Positions 46,801-59,430 of a stretch of 64,000 bases of DNA are shown here, piece by piece. The notes under the pieces were generated by a model, which made no database searches, was not told the DNA's origin, and worked only from the letters and a program-made list of their open reading frames with translations. The position numbers and the translations under genes were made by a program. Source of the stretch: Eutreptiella sp. 'Long Island Sound 2002' (Eukaryota > Protista > Euglenida); assembly GCA_964036045.1 (NCBI GenBank), contig OZ038378.1, positions 2,852,001 through 2,916,000 on the forward strand, in the 5' to 3' direction. The stretch's first letter is position 1. Each line of letters begins with the position of its first letter.

Positions 46801-49800
46801 GGAGTTTGGAGGGGTGATCACCACCACCGATGTGGGAAATGTAACCGAGGGCCCGGGGGTTCCGGATCACCAAGTGGTACCCATCGGTGGTGCGTGGCAT
46901 GTTCAGGCATTTTTATTGAGCCACTTGTTTCGGGGGTTTCTGCCTCTGCAGTGTGCCGTGGGTCTTTCTCCGACCGACAGTGCGTTGCAGTGAGGGGGGA
47001 GGGGAACTGTGGGGGCAGAGGGAGTGCGTTGCAAGGGGCCAGTGGGGGGGGGCGGGGGGGCATAGCACTGTGTTTCGGGGCCGCATGGGACTGCAGCCCT
47101 GCCACCGCACCAGCACCGCCGCCTTGCGGCCACTTACCGATGGCGGTGTCCCACCGGGTGCCCTGCGCATGGGAGACGGGGGTGAGACCTGATTAAAAAA
47201 ACAGACAAATGCAATCCAGAGGCAATGCACTCCACAGTAAGGCATGGGTGCATCTGTATTCTCTGTGCCAGACCTGGTTAAACCTCAAGACACGCGGCGA
47301 GGGGGGGGGGGGGGGCACCCCTTCAGGCCGGGGCTCGATCAACGGGGCCCACCCAAACGCTCACGGGGACGCTCTCTGCCTCATGGTCCTGGGACCTTCT
47401 CTACTTCCAAGGTTGGCGGTTGGCGGTTGGCGGTTGGCGGTTGGCGGTTGGCGGTTGGCGGTTGGCGGTTGGCGGGTGGCGGTTGGCGGAGATTGGCAGC
47501 GGGTCCCTGGGGGCTGTCCTTGCGGGGGGGCTTCTTAAGGACACCCCGGCTCGTCAGCGAATGTTGTGCGGCCTCGGTCCACCATCCCCCAGCCCCTCTC
47601 TGCCCCAGGCGCGCCGCGCGAGCCGCCGCGCGGGTACACTGCGGCCTGGTACCCCGGATTGGCAGACACACCCCATCCGCAGTCCCTGCACGGTCCTGAC
47701 CAGGGCATGCGGGTGGTGGTGGGGGGGGGGGGGGGTCATCATGCTCATCATGCCCGCATTCCACTTCCCGCCGGTGGACTACCAGAGCCCCAGAGACTGT
47801 CCAAGGCCTGGCTCGGGCAATGATCAGCGGGAGTCGTACGGGGCGCCGGCACCTTCGTGGGTCGGCGTCGCAGTCAGTCGGCGCGCGCGGGCCAGCGTAC
47901 ACAGCCACATCGCGTTGGGAGCAGAGGGTTCAGGTCAATGACTCACATGCCTTTTTAAACGACACAGATAGCTCTATATCGGGGTCTTGGCCATGAATTA
48001 GGGCAAAGAAACGCGTCTCCATTTCGTCACATTGCTGGCGATGCCGTGCAAGCTCCTGCAGAACGGCACAGCACGGGCGTGTGCAGTAGCGGTGGGCGTG
48101 TGCGAGAGCTTAGGAGTGCGGACATGGCATGGGCGTGGGCAGAGTGGGGGGGGCAGGGGGTTTCGTCTCAATATACGACACGCTTCCCCCTGAAAACATA
48201 AAACGGAGCCAAAGCCTCGGGGTAGGAGTATGGGGGTGGTTGGGACCCTCCTCACCGTGGGGGGCAGGGGGGGGACCATGAGGGGATGTGGTCGCCGTGG
48301 GGGTGCACAAGCGATGCTACAGGACGCCATGGAACGCATTAGAGGCCCGACGGGCGGGGCGGAGCCAGGGTGCACCAGCAGCATTGAGGCCATTGAGGGC
48401 ACACGCGCTGCAGACCGGCCTCACACAGTGGGAGGGCCCGCTCACGCCACCCGGAATCGGCGGCAACGCCGCATCATGGGCAGCCCGCCCCCGCTGCAAC
48501 GGTGGCGGGTACGTAGCTGCCCAACTGTGCAAAAGGAATTTCCCGGCAAAAACAGGGACCCAGCAGCGGCCGACGGGGGGGGGGGAGGGAGGGGCGGGGG
48601 GTTTGGGGCAAAGCCCTCACATTGCTGCCCCCCAGGCAGTTGGCGGTGTCCATCGACCTCACGCCACTCAAGAAGACCCAAGCCGCTGTGTTGGCCCACC
48701 GTTTCTGGTTCTCTCTGGTGGCGGGTCGTGGCATCAGCACTGTCAGGATCCACAATGCAATACTCGTCAGCGCAAGGCGCAAGCACTCTGCCACATTGGA
48801 GTGCCCCGCAGCTCTACGGCAGCGCAAACAGCGGTGGGGACTTGACCTCACTCGGCTTGCACGCCATTGACAGCAGCTGCCATTCCCTCCCCTTTGCCTG
48901 GGGGCGGACCATCCCCTGCACCACCGGCACTTGCCCAGCTGTTCACTGTAGCCATAACCCCCGGCTATGCCAGTGACGAGCCACCCTAGGGCACTCGCCC
49001 CCAACCAGGCCTTCCTCTGCCGAGGCCTGCGCCTGTGGGTACGCACAGTCAAAAGCCCCCGTGCTGGGGGGAACTACGCCACGTAGTATGAGGGGAGGGG
49101 CGGTTGACCCAGGGAAGGTGGCTACATAACCCCTGCCGCCTGGGGGGTCCCCACCGCTTCAGAGCGGGGGGCAGAATCAGAAGTGGCCCACAAGTGGGCA
49201 AGGTGGCTACCCAGTAACCCTGTTAAAAAAAAATTTTTTTTACTAGGTTCCCAATACCTAGTAAAAAACTAGTGAACCTAGTAAACTGTTACCTAGTAAA
49301 AAAGAAATTTGTTTTAAAAAAATTTTTTACTAGGTTTCACTACAGACCCGGAAGGACCCCCCTTCCCCCGCTTCCCCTACCCCAAAGCATTCCACATCGC
49401 GCAGGCCACACGAGGCCGCAGGGGAACGGGTACCGAAATCCGGGGCTGTCGGAGAAAATGGAGGCGAAATGGGGGAGTGAAATATGACAGAGGTCTGTGG
49501 GTGCCGAATTCTTTTCACACTCTTTCTTGCCTTTCGTCATCGGGCGGTCACTGTGTGTCCCAGTGTGCAATGGAATGCAGTTTTGGGCTTTCGATGCCGA
49601 GGGCCCGGGCATCTACTGCTCCACTGTCTCGGTCGCTCTGCTGCCCTACCCCTCGCCACGCATCATCCTTTGCCATGGGGGTCTGCCGCCTCGGTCTAGG
49701 ACTGCGAACCTGCCGTGGAAAAGTCTGCAGCAATGGCCCATGGCGGCCCGCGGTTCAGGGCAGCGTCTTATGGCCCTGTTGGGTTTGCCCCCCCGAAGGA

Positions 49801-51702
49801 ATGCTGGCTATGTCACGTGTGCACAGGCGGCAGACAAAACAAAGCGCAGAAAATATGGCTCGTCAGTGGCCTACAAGACCATAGGTACCTTTCTGTCAAA
49901 AGTGAAACGCAAAGATGCCAGTGGGTTGGCCACTGAGCAAACAAAGACAATGGGCACGCAGCAGAACACCTTGAGCCGCCGCCATGCAGGGCCCACAGGA
50001 TCTCTATTTATGTCATATACTGAGTGCCCCCCCCCCCCTGGCTACGTGACACCCGGGCGATGGGTGGACCCTAGCACCCTTATCAATCCACGGACTACTG
50101 GGGCCCTGGTCATGTTACAAATCCAGCGGTTATCGGTCCGTGCACCTGCTTTATGGCCCTTGCCTCAGGGCCCCGGCCACTGCGCTCCCTTCTCACCTTC
50201 GCGCTCTTGCCTTGCGGTCCCCGCATCTTGCTCTTGTGGTTCTCACCGCCGGATGGGGTGCACTGTGCTGTCGTGCCTGCCACCGTTGCAGCGGGGGCGG
50301 GCTGCCCATGATGCGGCGTTGCCGCCGATTCCGGGTGGCGTGAGCGGGCCCTCCCACTGTGTGAGGCCGGTCTGCAGCGCGTGTGCCTCTCGCTCCTTGT
50401 GTTCTTGGACATGGGTGCCGGCCATGAACGCGACCCTCGTTTGGTGGTGGTGGTCGGGTGTGTCAGGGCGCAGGCTTAGCACCGGATGCCCAGCATCACG
50501 AGCGGCATGGCTTCCACGGCGCTTGTGTAATGCCTCAGGTATAGGGCATGGGGCCACGGCCTGAGGGGTGTCCCTTGGCGGGAAGAAAATTGCTCTGCGG
50601 GGGGGGGGGGGGGGTGACACGGAGGCCCATTTTCCCAACCCCCCCCCCCTCCCTCCTTGGCCGCCGTGACGGGAGGGGGGGTTCAGGGCGGGGGGGTGCC
50701 CGACCTGCCGTGCCGGGGGGGGGGGGGGGGTCAACCCAACATCTGTGGCTCAAAATGATACCCACGTCGCGCTGATCATTTTGACTACTCAAATGTGGGG
50801 GGGGGGGGAAATTATTGGTGGAAAAAACTTTTTCGGGCCAAAATTTGTGTTCCTGCGCCTTCGGCGCCAACATCCGTTCTTACACAAAACAAAGGGCCCG
50901 ACACGGAACCCCATTTCTCCAACCGCCCCCCCGCCCCTCCTTCGGCGGGCGTCCATGTCACCCCCCCCCCCCCCGCAGAGCAATTTTCAGGTCGCCCTTG
51001 GTGGGTAGCATGTGGCTGCATTACCGTGCCCCTGTACCATTTGGCATGCCGTTCTGGCAGTCTTGTGTGCCTGCTTTGCCATTTCCGGTGTTCCGCGCGT
51101 TTCGTGGGCCTGTGAGGCCTCCCCAGAGGTGAGCGTCGACTATTTCAGTCTCATCCACCGCCAATAACCGCTCTGAAGGTGGGACACTGCCAAGAACAGG
51201 GGGTATGGGGGCTGAGACCCGAGGGTTTGTGTACCAACAGCAGCCCAACACTGTGTTCCTGTGTGAAACTTGCCCGTTCCCGTTTCTGTCGGACCCCCGG
51301 GGGATGTGGAGGTTGGAGGCTCCTCATTACAAATCTTTGATTCTAAAGCACCACCGCATGTGGCCCACTGTTGTTGTCAAAGCGATGGCTGAGCATGAGA
51401 AAACGATGCGCGGACATGCAAAAATATGTGTTGCTCAGCGTTCAGATGCCGCCCGCACCCCCGCGCACACACGCGTGCGCACACACGCACGCACGCACGC
51501 GCAGCACACCCACCTGGGCCAAAGCTGCGGTCTTGGGGTTCATGTTGCCCAAAGCCATTTCCACATAATTTGAGAGGCGGTCAAGCTGCGCCAACTGATC
51601 CGGCGTCATGGGGGCTGCCTTGGCAGCGCTGTCCGCATCTGCATCCGCATCCGCACAGTCCAGTGCATCCTCCTCCATGTCCTCTGCAGCTTCCTCTGCC
51701 AT
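40851..51702 (-). CDS. Hypothetical multi-exon protein with acidic N-terminus and coiled-coil-like segment. Candidate exons 51702-51514, 45854-45732, 43948-43795, 41086-40851 (~233 aa)
   Basis: The first two exons are coding-like with good GT/AG sites (MAEEAAEDMEE...ALAQ|EYNAIRKQATDYRTVLTRRLEEDL). The last two are phase-compatible but speculative, and further exons may exist. No family recognised. Confidence 0.4.
44611..44680. repeat. 10-bp tandem repeat (GCGGCATGCT) x7
   Basis: Direct reading; the array is nearly self-complementary. Confidence 0.95.
47411..47489. repeat. Heptamer tandem repeat (GGTTGGC) x~11
   Basis: Direct reading. Confidence 0.95.
48398..50387. repeat. 109-bp perfect inverted repeat pair (48398-48506 / 50279-50387)
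   Basis: GGCACACGCGCTGCAGACCGGCC...GCTGCAACGGTGGC matches the reverse complement of GCCACCGTTGCAGC...GCAGCGCGTGTGCC. Confidence 0.9.
50585..50988. mobile_element. ~400-bp MITE-like unit with ~33-bp inverted termini containing G/C homopolymers
   Basis: GAAAATTGCTCTGC(G)16TGACA versus TGTCA(C)14GCAGAGCAATTTTC. Confidence 0.7.
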
Positions 51703-52750
51703 GATGAAAAGAGTTCGGGTCCGCACATATCCACGCAAACGAACCCACATGCGCACGTACACACAACTGATCGCGCTGCCATGAGAAGGAAAGGGTGGGT
51801 GCTTGTGCGTGTACTTGAGCCGGGTGTGTGTTTGTGAACGTGCAGGCGTCTCTGAGCTCGCCAGCGAGTGAGTGAGTGAACGGGTGACCGAGTGACCGAG
51901 TAAACGAGTGACTGAGTGCGTGGGTGCGTGAGTGCGTGGGTGCGCGAGTCTGTGTGTAGGGGGGGCTCCTGGTGCGCAGGCGGGTCTGTTTGGTGGTGCT
52001 CGGCCATTCTCCGCGCAGTCCTCAGTCGCCACTGCCGATGCTTGCAGAAGCCCTGGGTAAAGCTGTCTGTGGTGGCGGAAATGTCCCGGGGGGATAATCA
52101 AAATTAATGAATCGCTTGAGTCCAGCCGGACTGTGATGCGGTTGGTTTCTAGTGCAAGTGAGCAAGCGGGTCCCGGAGGTTTTGTCGCATTGGGAGAAAA
52201 AGATATGCCTTCAGAGAATTCCAGCTTGTCTGCAGGGGCACAGAGCTCAGATGACGGTATGCTCTCAGAAGATGTGGAGGGGCGGTGTGTCATGAGAAAA
52301 CTGAGGCTGGCAGCATAATGAACCTGGTGGTGAGGAGTGACGCCTGTGCTTGCCAATCTGCCCCCTTGCTCGGGGCCCGCAGGATCAAATATTCAAAATC
52401 AGAAATAATTGCACTCTTCTTCCCCAGCACTGTTTTAGGCGCTTCTCATCCAGCCCACAGCTCGGCTGAGTTGTTTTTTTTTTGCACGCACCCGGAGTCA
52501 AATATTCTGAGATTCGGATCTCTGCTGCGTAGGAATGTGCTGCCGCATGAACCGCAATGCTACCAGCGCGTCGCGCACTAGCAAGTCGCCTGTGCACACC
52601 AATCTCCAACCCAATTCCGCACTTGCGCAATGTCCGCTTGCAATCTTGCCACATTTGCTCAAATTGGCGTCTCCTGTGTGTTGTGTCAACAGACTGGGCA
52701 CCGTTATCTCCCGACTGTGCACCGTGAAAACAAACGGTGCACGGTATCTA

Positions 52751-53148
52751 CCCCCCCCCCTTGTATAAGCTACGCCAAAGTCCCAAATTAATACGGTCCC
52801 TACGCCTACTGTAGCTTGGACACGGGTGTAGCTTGCGCGCGACACATACAACTACCGACACCGGGCGCCCAGGTTCAAAAAGAGAGGATTGCATGGTGAG
52901 CTGGCGCAAGCAAGGGGAATATAATGCACAAGGATACCAAAAATCAGAGCTATGTGGGTTCAAGTGGGCAAACACTCACAACAAATGTGCCCATGAATCT
53001 ATGTGACTCGCAATTTCGTCACCAAACCCATGTCTTATGTGGCTGCACTACGTTTGGTCCCGAGTTAAAATTCGGTACCAAATTAATACGGTCCCTACGC
53101 CTACTGTAGCTTGGACAAGGGCGTAGCTTATACAAGGGGGGGGGGGGG
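52751..53148. mobile_element. 398-bp MITE with TA target duplication (Tc1/mariner-type signature)
   Basis: TA|(C)10TTGTATAAGCTACGCC ... GGCGTAGCTTATACAA(G)13|TA; an identical 40-bp direct repeat inside at 52783-52822 and 53078-53117. Confidence 0.85.
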
Positions 53149-53711
53149 TACATGCTGCACCGTGAAATCAAACGGTGCAAACTGTGCACTGTGTCAACAA
53201 AATCTGCCCAGTCCATCTTCAGTTCCTGACTTTGTGATCCCTTCACCCCATCACCGTCCCTGGGCATCACAGGGCCGAAACCAGTCTGTTGACAGAAGAA
53301 CGGCGCGTTTCTCAGTCACCAACCGCCCCTCTATCATCCATTCGGATCCTTCGGACGAAAAAACAGAAAGAAAACGCACCGCCGAAGGACTTCACGTTCT
53401 CGCTGCGCTCTCCAAAGACGTGGATGGTGCGGCTGGGGGAATGCGAACTGAGCTGCGCGGACTTGAAGCGGCGGGGCATGGCACTGTCGTCAATGCCGCA
53501 AACGGCCAGGGGATTCTATGGCATGCGAGAACGGCCGTGGCGATGGCGCCGGGCGGCATTATCTGCTGCTCCCGTAGCCGCTCCCATAGCCTCCGGTCTG
53601 ACGTGAGACCGCGGGGGTGAGGGGGGAGGGGGCTCTGCTGGGTATTGTGTGTCCCCCCTCACCCACCTTCGTACTCCCCTGCCCCTTGAGATCCTACGCC
53701 GGAGGCCGTAC

Positions 53712-53958
53712 CTGAGCCCGTGAGCACTTGCACCCTTTTTGAGGTGACGATGAGCTCCACCATACGCTCCTGCAGGGCCACGAGCTGCATTCGCAGGTGC
53801 TGGTACTGCGGCGCTTTCGGAGTGAAGTGCTGCAGCTGCGCCAAAATATGGCGCACCGTCCACGCAAACTCGTCGGCCGTCTGGGGCTTGGCACCCATGA
53901 GCATGCGCTGCTGGAGCTCTGCCTCGGGGCCGGGGGCAGGGTGCAGGGCCTGAGCGTC
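53712..53958 (-). CDS. Probable internal exon of an unidentified protein
   Basis: Pyrimidine-rich acceptor CTCGCTCTCAACAG|GAC, GC3-rich helical-looking frame (QTADEFAWTVRHILAQLQHF...LQERMVELIV), candidate donor CAG|GTACGG. Partner exons are unresolved. Confidence 0.45.
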
Positions 53959-54105
53959 CTGTTGAGAGCGAGGGAGGTGGGGCACACAGGAGGAGGAGGA
54001 GGACGACGACAATGGGGAGCGACTGAGGGGTTGTAATTTGCGTTGGCCGCGCACCCGGCAACATGACGTCCTCGATGAGAGGGGAGAGAAAGGGTGACAT
54101 AACCT

Positions 54106-54281
54106 GTGCCGTATCAGTGTCACACAAGTGCCGTATCAGTGTCCCACAAGTGCCGTATCAGTGTCCCACAAGTGCCGTATCAGTGTCCCACAAGTGCCGT
54201 ATCAGTGTCCCACAAGTGCCGTATCAGTGTCCCACAAGTGCCGTATCAGTGTCCCACAAGTGCCGTATCAGTGTCCCACAA
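54106..54281. repeat. 22-bp minisatellite x8
   Basis: GTGCCGTATCAGTGTCCCACAA, contiguous and near-identical. Confidence 0.97.
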
Positions 54282-55064
54282 GTGGGAAGAAACTCTATCG
54301 CTACATCACCGCTGCCACGTTGGGGGGCCCCAAAGTGGGGAGGACTTGCTCTGGCCTGTACCCCAACCCCCTTGTTCAGGGAACACTAAAGTCCTCAAAA
54401 GATACCGTCCGAACAGCAGTCTTCGTTGGACATGCCGCTCCGTGCACGCAACAATGTTGTGAAACTCCGGTCACAGGTCCCCGCCTCCGACTGGGGCAAT
54501 GCACCAGCCCATTGTACGAGGGACCATGGGGGCTGGTGAACAGAGGGGCTCGGCACAACTGACAGCGCGACTGCCTTGCGGGCCACACCAACAAAGTCTA
54601 CGTGCTGTACCAGAAACCGATGATACGCTCCATTTTGCCACCCGCGTCGCACCAGTGGTCAGGGGGGCGGAACTGGGGAGAAACGGCCTGGCAGGTCCCA
54701 GGGGTTTGTGGTTTTGACTGCAAGTGCCATGGAATCGACCGCCGGACAGACAGGGACCCGTCGGTGTTTCCGCTCCTAAGCACACTACGGGCCCGGTGGC
54801 AAGCAAAAGCTGAGGCACGGTCCTCCACAGCAAGGAGCATGGGATGGCCTGTCCCTTGTTGCCTGGAGCCCTGAGATGGCCCACAGCAACCACGGGCGTT
54901 CTCTGACCCAGTAATTCTTCACCTGCTGTGTGTGTCAGTGTGTCAATCCTTCAATGCCTTGCAATTCTGTACCTTTCGCAACTGGCAACGCCAGCAAACA
55001 GCATTCTGCAAACCGTACCCCAGTGGCCCATTGCCTCCAAATGCCCCATGCATAACTGTTGTAG

Positions 55065-55290
55065 GATGCCGTGTCTTAGAAAATCTAAGACGGGTATAGG
55101 ACGGATGTAAGACGGATGTAAGACGCCCCGTCTTAGAAAATGTAAGACGCCCCGTCTTATATTTTCTAAGACAGCGCATCTTAGACAATCTATGACGGGG
55201 CGTCTTACATTTTCTAAGATGGGGTGTCTTACATTTCCTAAGATGGGGCGCCTTACATCTTCTCAGACGCCCCATCTTAGATTATCGAAG
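55065..55290. repeat. Array of short palindromic GTCTTA(G/C)/(C/G)TAAGAC motifs
   Basis: For example GTCTTAGAAAATCTAAGAC; a related array is at 59160-59430. Confidence 0.85.
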
Positions 55291-56859
55291 ACACCGTGGC
55301 GCAGTGGCAATGACAGTGACAGTCACAGTCACAGTGACAGTGACACCGGTTTTGTCGTAGAATTGGGGTCCCCCCCTTTATTGAAATGACAGTAATTTGT
55401 GGGGATGGATGGGGCAGGGTGCTCTCTTTTTTTCTCTAGTTTGCTGTGCTTTGTTTTTGTCTCCTTTCTCCTTGGGCGAGTTAATTATTACCCCCGGGCT
55501 ATCATGCTTGCTTGCTTGTGAGAGAGTGGTCGTTGTCTCGTGTGAGAGAGCGTCGTAAGAGTCGGCCTGGTCATTGTTGTGATGTCTAGCAGACAACCTA
55601 ATAGAGTGAAAACTTGGGCCGCATTGTTGATTTCATCTTGTGCCCTGACGGTGGATGCCATTCCCCTGCCATAGCACCCACCCTCCTGCAAGTGGGTACC
55701 CTAGTATTAGCGTGGTCTCAACCCCTGTGCAGCCCTCTTAGGCAGAGCATGCTAATACTAGGGTATCACTCAGTGTGCTTTGGCGGCCACCTCCACGGGA
55801 TGTTTGAGGAGGCCTTCGGCATCTGCCTAAGAGGGCCGGACTTAGTTGGGCGCTCTCCCACTAGATTTCTGCACTCTTTTCCTAATGATTCGTGTTCTTC
55901 GTGTTCCACTCCCTCTTCCCTTCCTGCTTCACTGACAGGTGGATCCGCTCCATGCATGCCTCCCCGTTCCCTTCGTGCTTCACTGACAGGTGAATGCAAA
56001 TGTGAAAGTGCAGTTTGCATAACTCATGGTGCCGCCATTGTTGTTGTGTGTTGGAGAAATGGTGTATTTCTACACCGAATTGTGCCCCGCTGCACGGAGC
56101 ATTTGTGTCGCTTTGTAACTATGGTGTACACTCTGCCCTCTGACAGTAAACTATAGTATGCATTGAGTGGTGTGCCATGTTTGTTATTGTATACGGGAGC
56201 ATTACATGTCGACATTTTAGCGTTGTGAGGGCTTGCCTAGTTGTAGCCAAGAACTGGACGGCAATTTACAACACTATGTTCCACCCTTGCAAGACACACA
56301 AGACGACTCGGAGGCGGCAAACGGGACGGACTATGGGCCTGCTAGTGGTGGGATGCCCCATGTTTACAATGGTCACTGACACCACCACTATCGTTCTAGG
56401 AGTTTGAGCTTCCTCAGAATCCAACTTTTGAGAGGGCCCTCAATGCTGTTTGCGTGAAGACTGGCACACCTTGTGTTGACCACGGTGTTCTTCAACACCA
56501 CTGAACGGCCCATTTGGTGGGGCCATTTGAAGTTGTCTTTTTACGATTGTTACACGTGCAATTGATCGATTTGCGGGAGGTGGGGGGTTTGCCTGCTATT
56601 TTTTTAAGATTTTGGGTGCCCTCACCAAAACCACCCCCTAGCGGGGCTAAGCCAACATTGGGTGGGGACTTTTTTACAGATATCAGGGGCAGGCCTTGAG
56701 TGATCTGCTACACAGCATATGCAACCATGATCATTTGGTGACGATGTAGGTGCTAGGGGACCCACAAAGTGGCTACTAGGTAGCCACTGCGTGTAGCTAG
56801 GGCCATGCACCCCCTAAAACCCACATGTTTGCCGTTTGTAGGATGTTCAATGGCACCTT

Positions 56860-57580
56860 ATGTGTGGACAAATGAGCAGTTTACCATCCTCTACAGCTCA
56901 AAAATGGAATTTTGTTTTTGCTATTCTAACCATTCACAATGATCAAATATCCTATGTAAAGCATGTTTTGGACCCTCTTTACGTGTTTTTCACCCTATTT
57001 GGGTGCTTGGGCGGGGGGGGGGGGTTCCCAAGTGGGCTGGGGAACAACCTACTTATGCAGTTTTCCACCCTCAATAGCTCAAAAATGTAAATTTCTAAAA
57101 CTGATTTCTGTTGATATTCTCACCATTTACAATGATCAAATATCCTTTGTGAAGCATGTTTTAGACCCGTTTATATGTTTTTCATCCTATTTGGGTGTTT
57201 GGAGGATACAAGGGGCTGAGGCACAACCTGCTTATGCGGTTTTCCACCCTCGGCAGCTCAAAAATAGAAATTTCCAAACCCAAATTTTTTGACATTTTGA
57301 CTATTTACAACAATCAAATATCTTACGTAAAGCATGTTTTGGGCCCCCTTTAGGTGCTTTTCACCCTATTTGGGTGTTTGCAGGGGTCGGCGCAGCTCTG
57401 AAGGGGCTAGGCCACAAAATGCTCATGCACTTTTCCATTTTTCCACCCTCTACAGCTCTAAGATGGAAATTTCAAAAAAAACGATTTTCTTGGCATTTTG
57501 GTGATTGACAATGATGAAATATCCTTTGTAAAGCATGTGTTAGACCCTCTTTTGTGTATTTTTCACCCTATTTGGGTGTT
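56860..57580. repeat. Degenerate ~190-200-bp satellite, ~4 copies, same family as 18178-19325
   Basis: Shared AAAGCATGTTTT...TTTTCACCCTATTTGGGT and ACAACC..CTTATGCAG blocks. Confidence 0.8.
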
Positions 57581-57599
57581 TAGACACGAACATGGTGGC

Positions 57600-59050
57600 C
57601 TGTAGTTTGTAGACAATGTCTGCTCCAAGTAGACGCGGTCTGCTAATTGTAGACACTATCGGCATGTTGTAGACGTGAAATGCCAAAAACAGTCGCTGGC
57701 ATCATGCAACCGTGCACGCAAGCATGGCAACGTGTAGGTTTTAGACACCGCCTATTACCCCAAGTAGACACAGTATGCTAATTGTAGACATTATCGGCAT
57801 GTTGCACACACGAAGTGCCAATATTTGGAAAGGGGGCCAAAGGCCCCTTTCCCCAAAAACAGTCCGCTAGCATCGTTCACCCCTGCAAAGTGGCATGGCG
57901 GCATGTAGTTTGTAGACATGGTCTGCCTCAAGTAGACACGGTTTGCTATTTGTCCACATTGTCGGCATGTTGTAGACGCGAAGTGCCAATATTTGGGGAG
58001 GGGGTGTGAAGACCTCCTTCCTAGAAAAACGGGCGTTGGAATCGCTCACACGTGCACACGGGCATTGCAGTGTGTAGTTTGTAGACACTGTCTGCTCCAA
58101 GTAGACGCGGCCTGCTAATTGTAGACACCGTCGGCATGTTGCAGACGCGAAAGGCCAATATTTGCAAAGGGGGCCAAAGGCCCCCTTCCCCAAAAAACAG
58201 TCGCTGGCATCACGCAACCGTGCACGCAAGCATGGCAACGTGTAGGTTTTAGACACCGCCTATTACCCCAAGTAGACACAGTATGCTAATTGTAGACATT
58301 ATCGGCATGTTGCAGACACGAAGTGCCAATATTTGGAAAGGGGGTCAAAGGCCCCTTTCCCCAAAAACAGTCCGCTAGCATCGTTCACCCCTGCAAAGAG
58401 GCATGGCGGCATGTAGTTTGTAGACATGGTCTGCCTCAAGTAGACACGGTTTGCTATTTGTCGACATTGTCGGCATGTTGTAGACGCGAAGTGCCAATAT
58501 TTGGGGAGGGGGAGCGAAGGCCTCCTTCCTAGAAAAACGGGCGTTGGGATCGCTCACACGTGCACACGGGCATTGCAGTGTGTAGTTTGTAGACACTGTC
58601 TGCTCCAAGTAGACGCGGCCTGCTAATTGTAGACACCGTCGGCATGTTACAGACGCGAAGTGCCAATATGTGGCACTTCGGCCCCCTTCCCCAACAAACG
58701 GTTGCTAGCATCGTTCAGCGCTGCACACAAGCATGGTGGCCTGTAGTTTGTAGACACCGTCTGCCCCAAGTAGACGCCGTCTGCTGATTGTAGACACTGT
58801 TGATGTGTTGTAGGCGCGAAGTGCCAAAATTTGGCACTTTGGCCCCCTTCCCCAGAAATGGGTGCTTGCATCATTCAACCCTGCACCCAAGCATGGCAGT
58901 GTGTAGTCTGTAGACAACGTAGACACGGTCTGCCCCAAATAGAAGCGGTGTGCTAATTGTACACACAGTCAACATATTGTAGACGCGAAAAAAACGGTCG
59001 CAGCCATTTTTCACCAGTGCACATGGGCATGGTGGCCTGTAGTTTGTAGA
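57600..59050. repeat. ~165-170-bp satellite, ~9-10 copies, with a ~508-bp trimeric higher-order repeat
   Basis: Monomer GTAGTTTGTAGACA...CAAGTAGAC...CTAATTGTAGACAC...; block 57685-58190 is nearly duplicated at 58193-58640. Confidence 0.88.
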
Positions 59051-59159
59051 TGAGGTGTGCCACATGTGAATCATGTCTTCATCTTGTTGACTTCGGTTGC
59101 TTTTTGAAAGAAAAAACACTGCACCTGAATTAATCTAAGAAGCCCCATGTTAGCTTTTC

Positions 59160-59430
59160 TACTACACCCCGTCTTAGATTTTCTCATACAACAAAATTTA
59201 AGACGGGCCATCTTCGGACCGTCTTAGATTTTCTAAGATGCCCAATTTTACATAATCTAAGACACCCCATCTTATATGATGTGCGACGCCGTGTCTTGGA
59301 TAATCTAAGACGCCCCGTCTTAGATTATCTAAGACAGATGTAAGACGGGTGTAAGACGGATCTAAGACGGATCTAAGGCGGATCTTAACACTGATATAAG
59401 ACGCGTCCAAAGCTAAGATGCCAGGTCTTA
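59160..59430. repeat. Second palindromic GTCTTAG/CTAAGAC array
   Basis: Starts TACTACACCCCGTCTTAGATTTT; repeated GTCTTAGATTATCTAAGAC and GGAT(C/G)TAAGAC. Confidence 0.85.

Noticed and set aside
54106-54281. Regular 22-bp repeats resembling a CRISPR array
   Set aside because: Repeats are contiguous with no spacers, there are no cas genes and the context is eukaryotic; it is a minisatellite.
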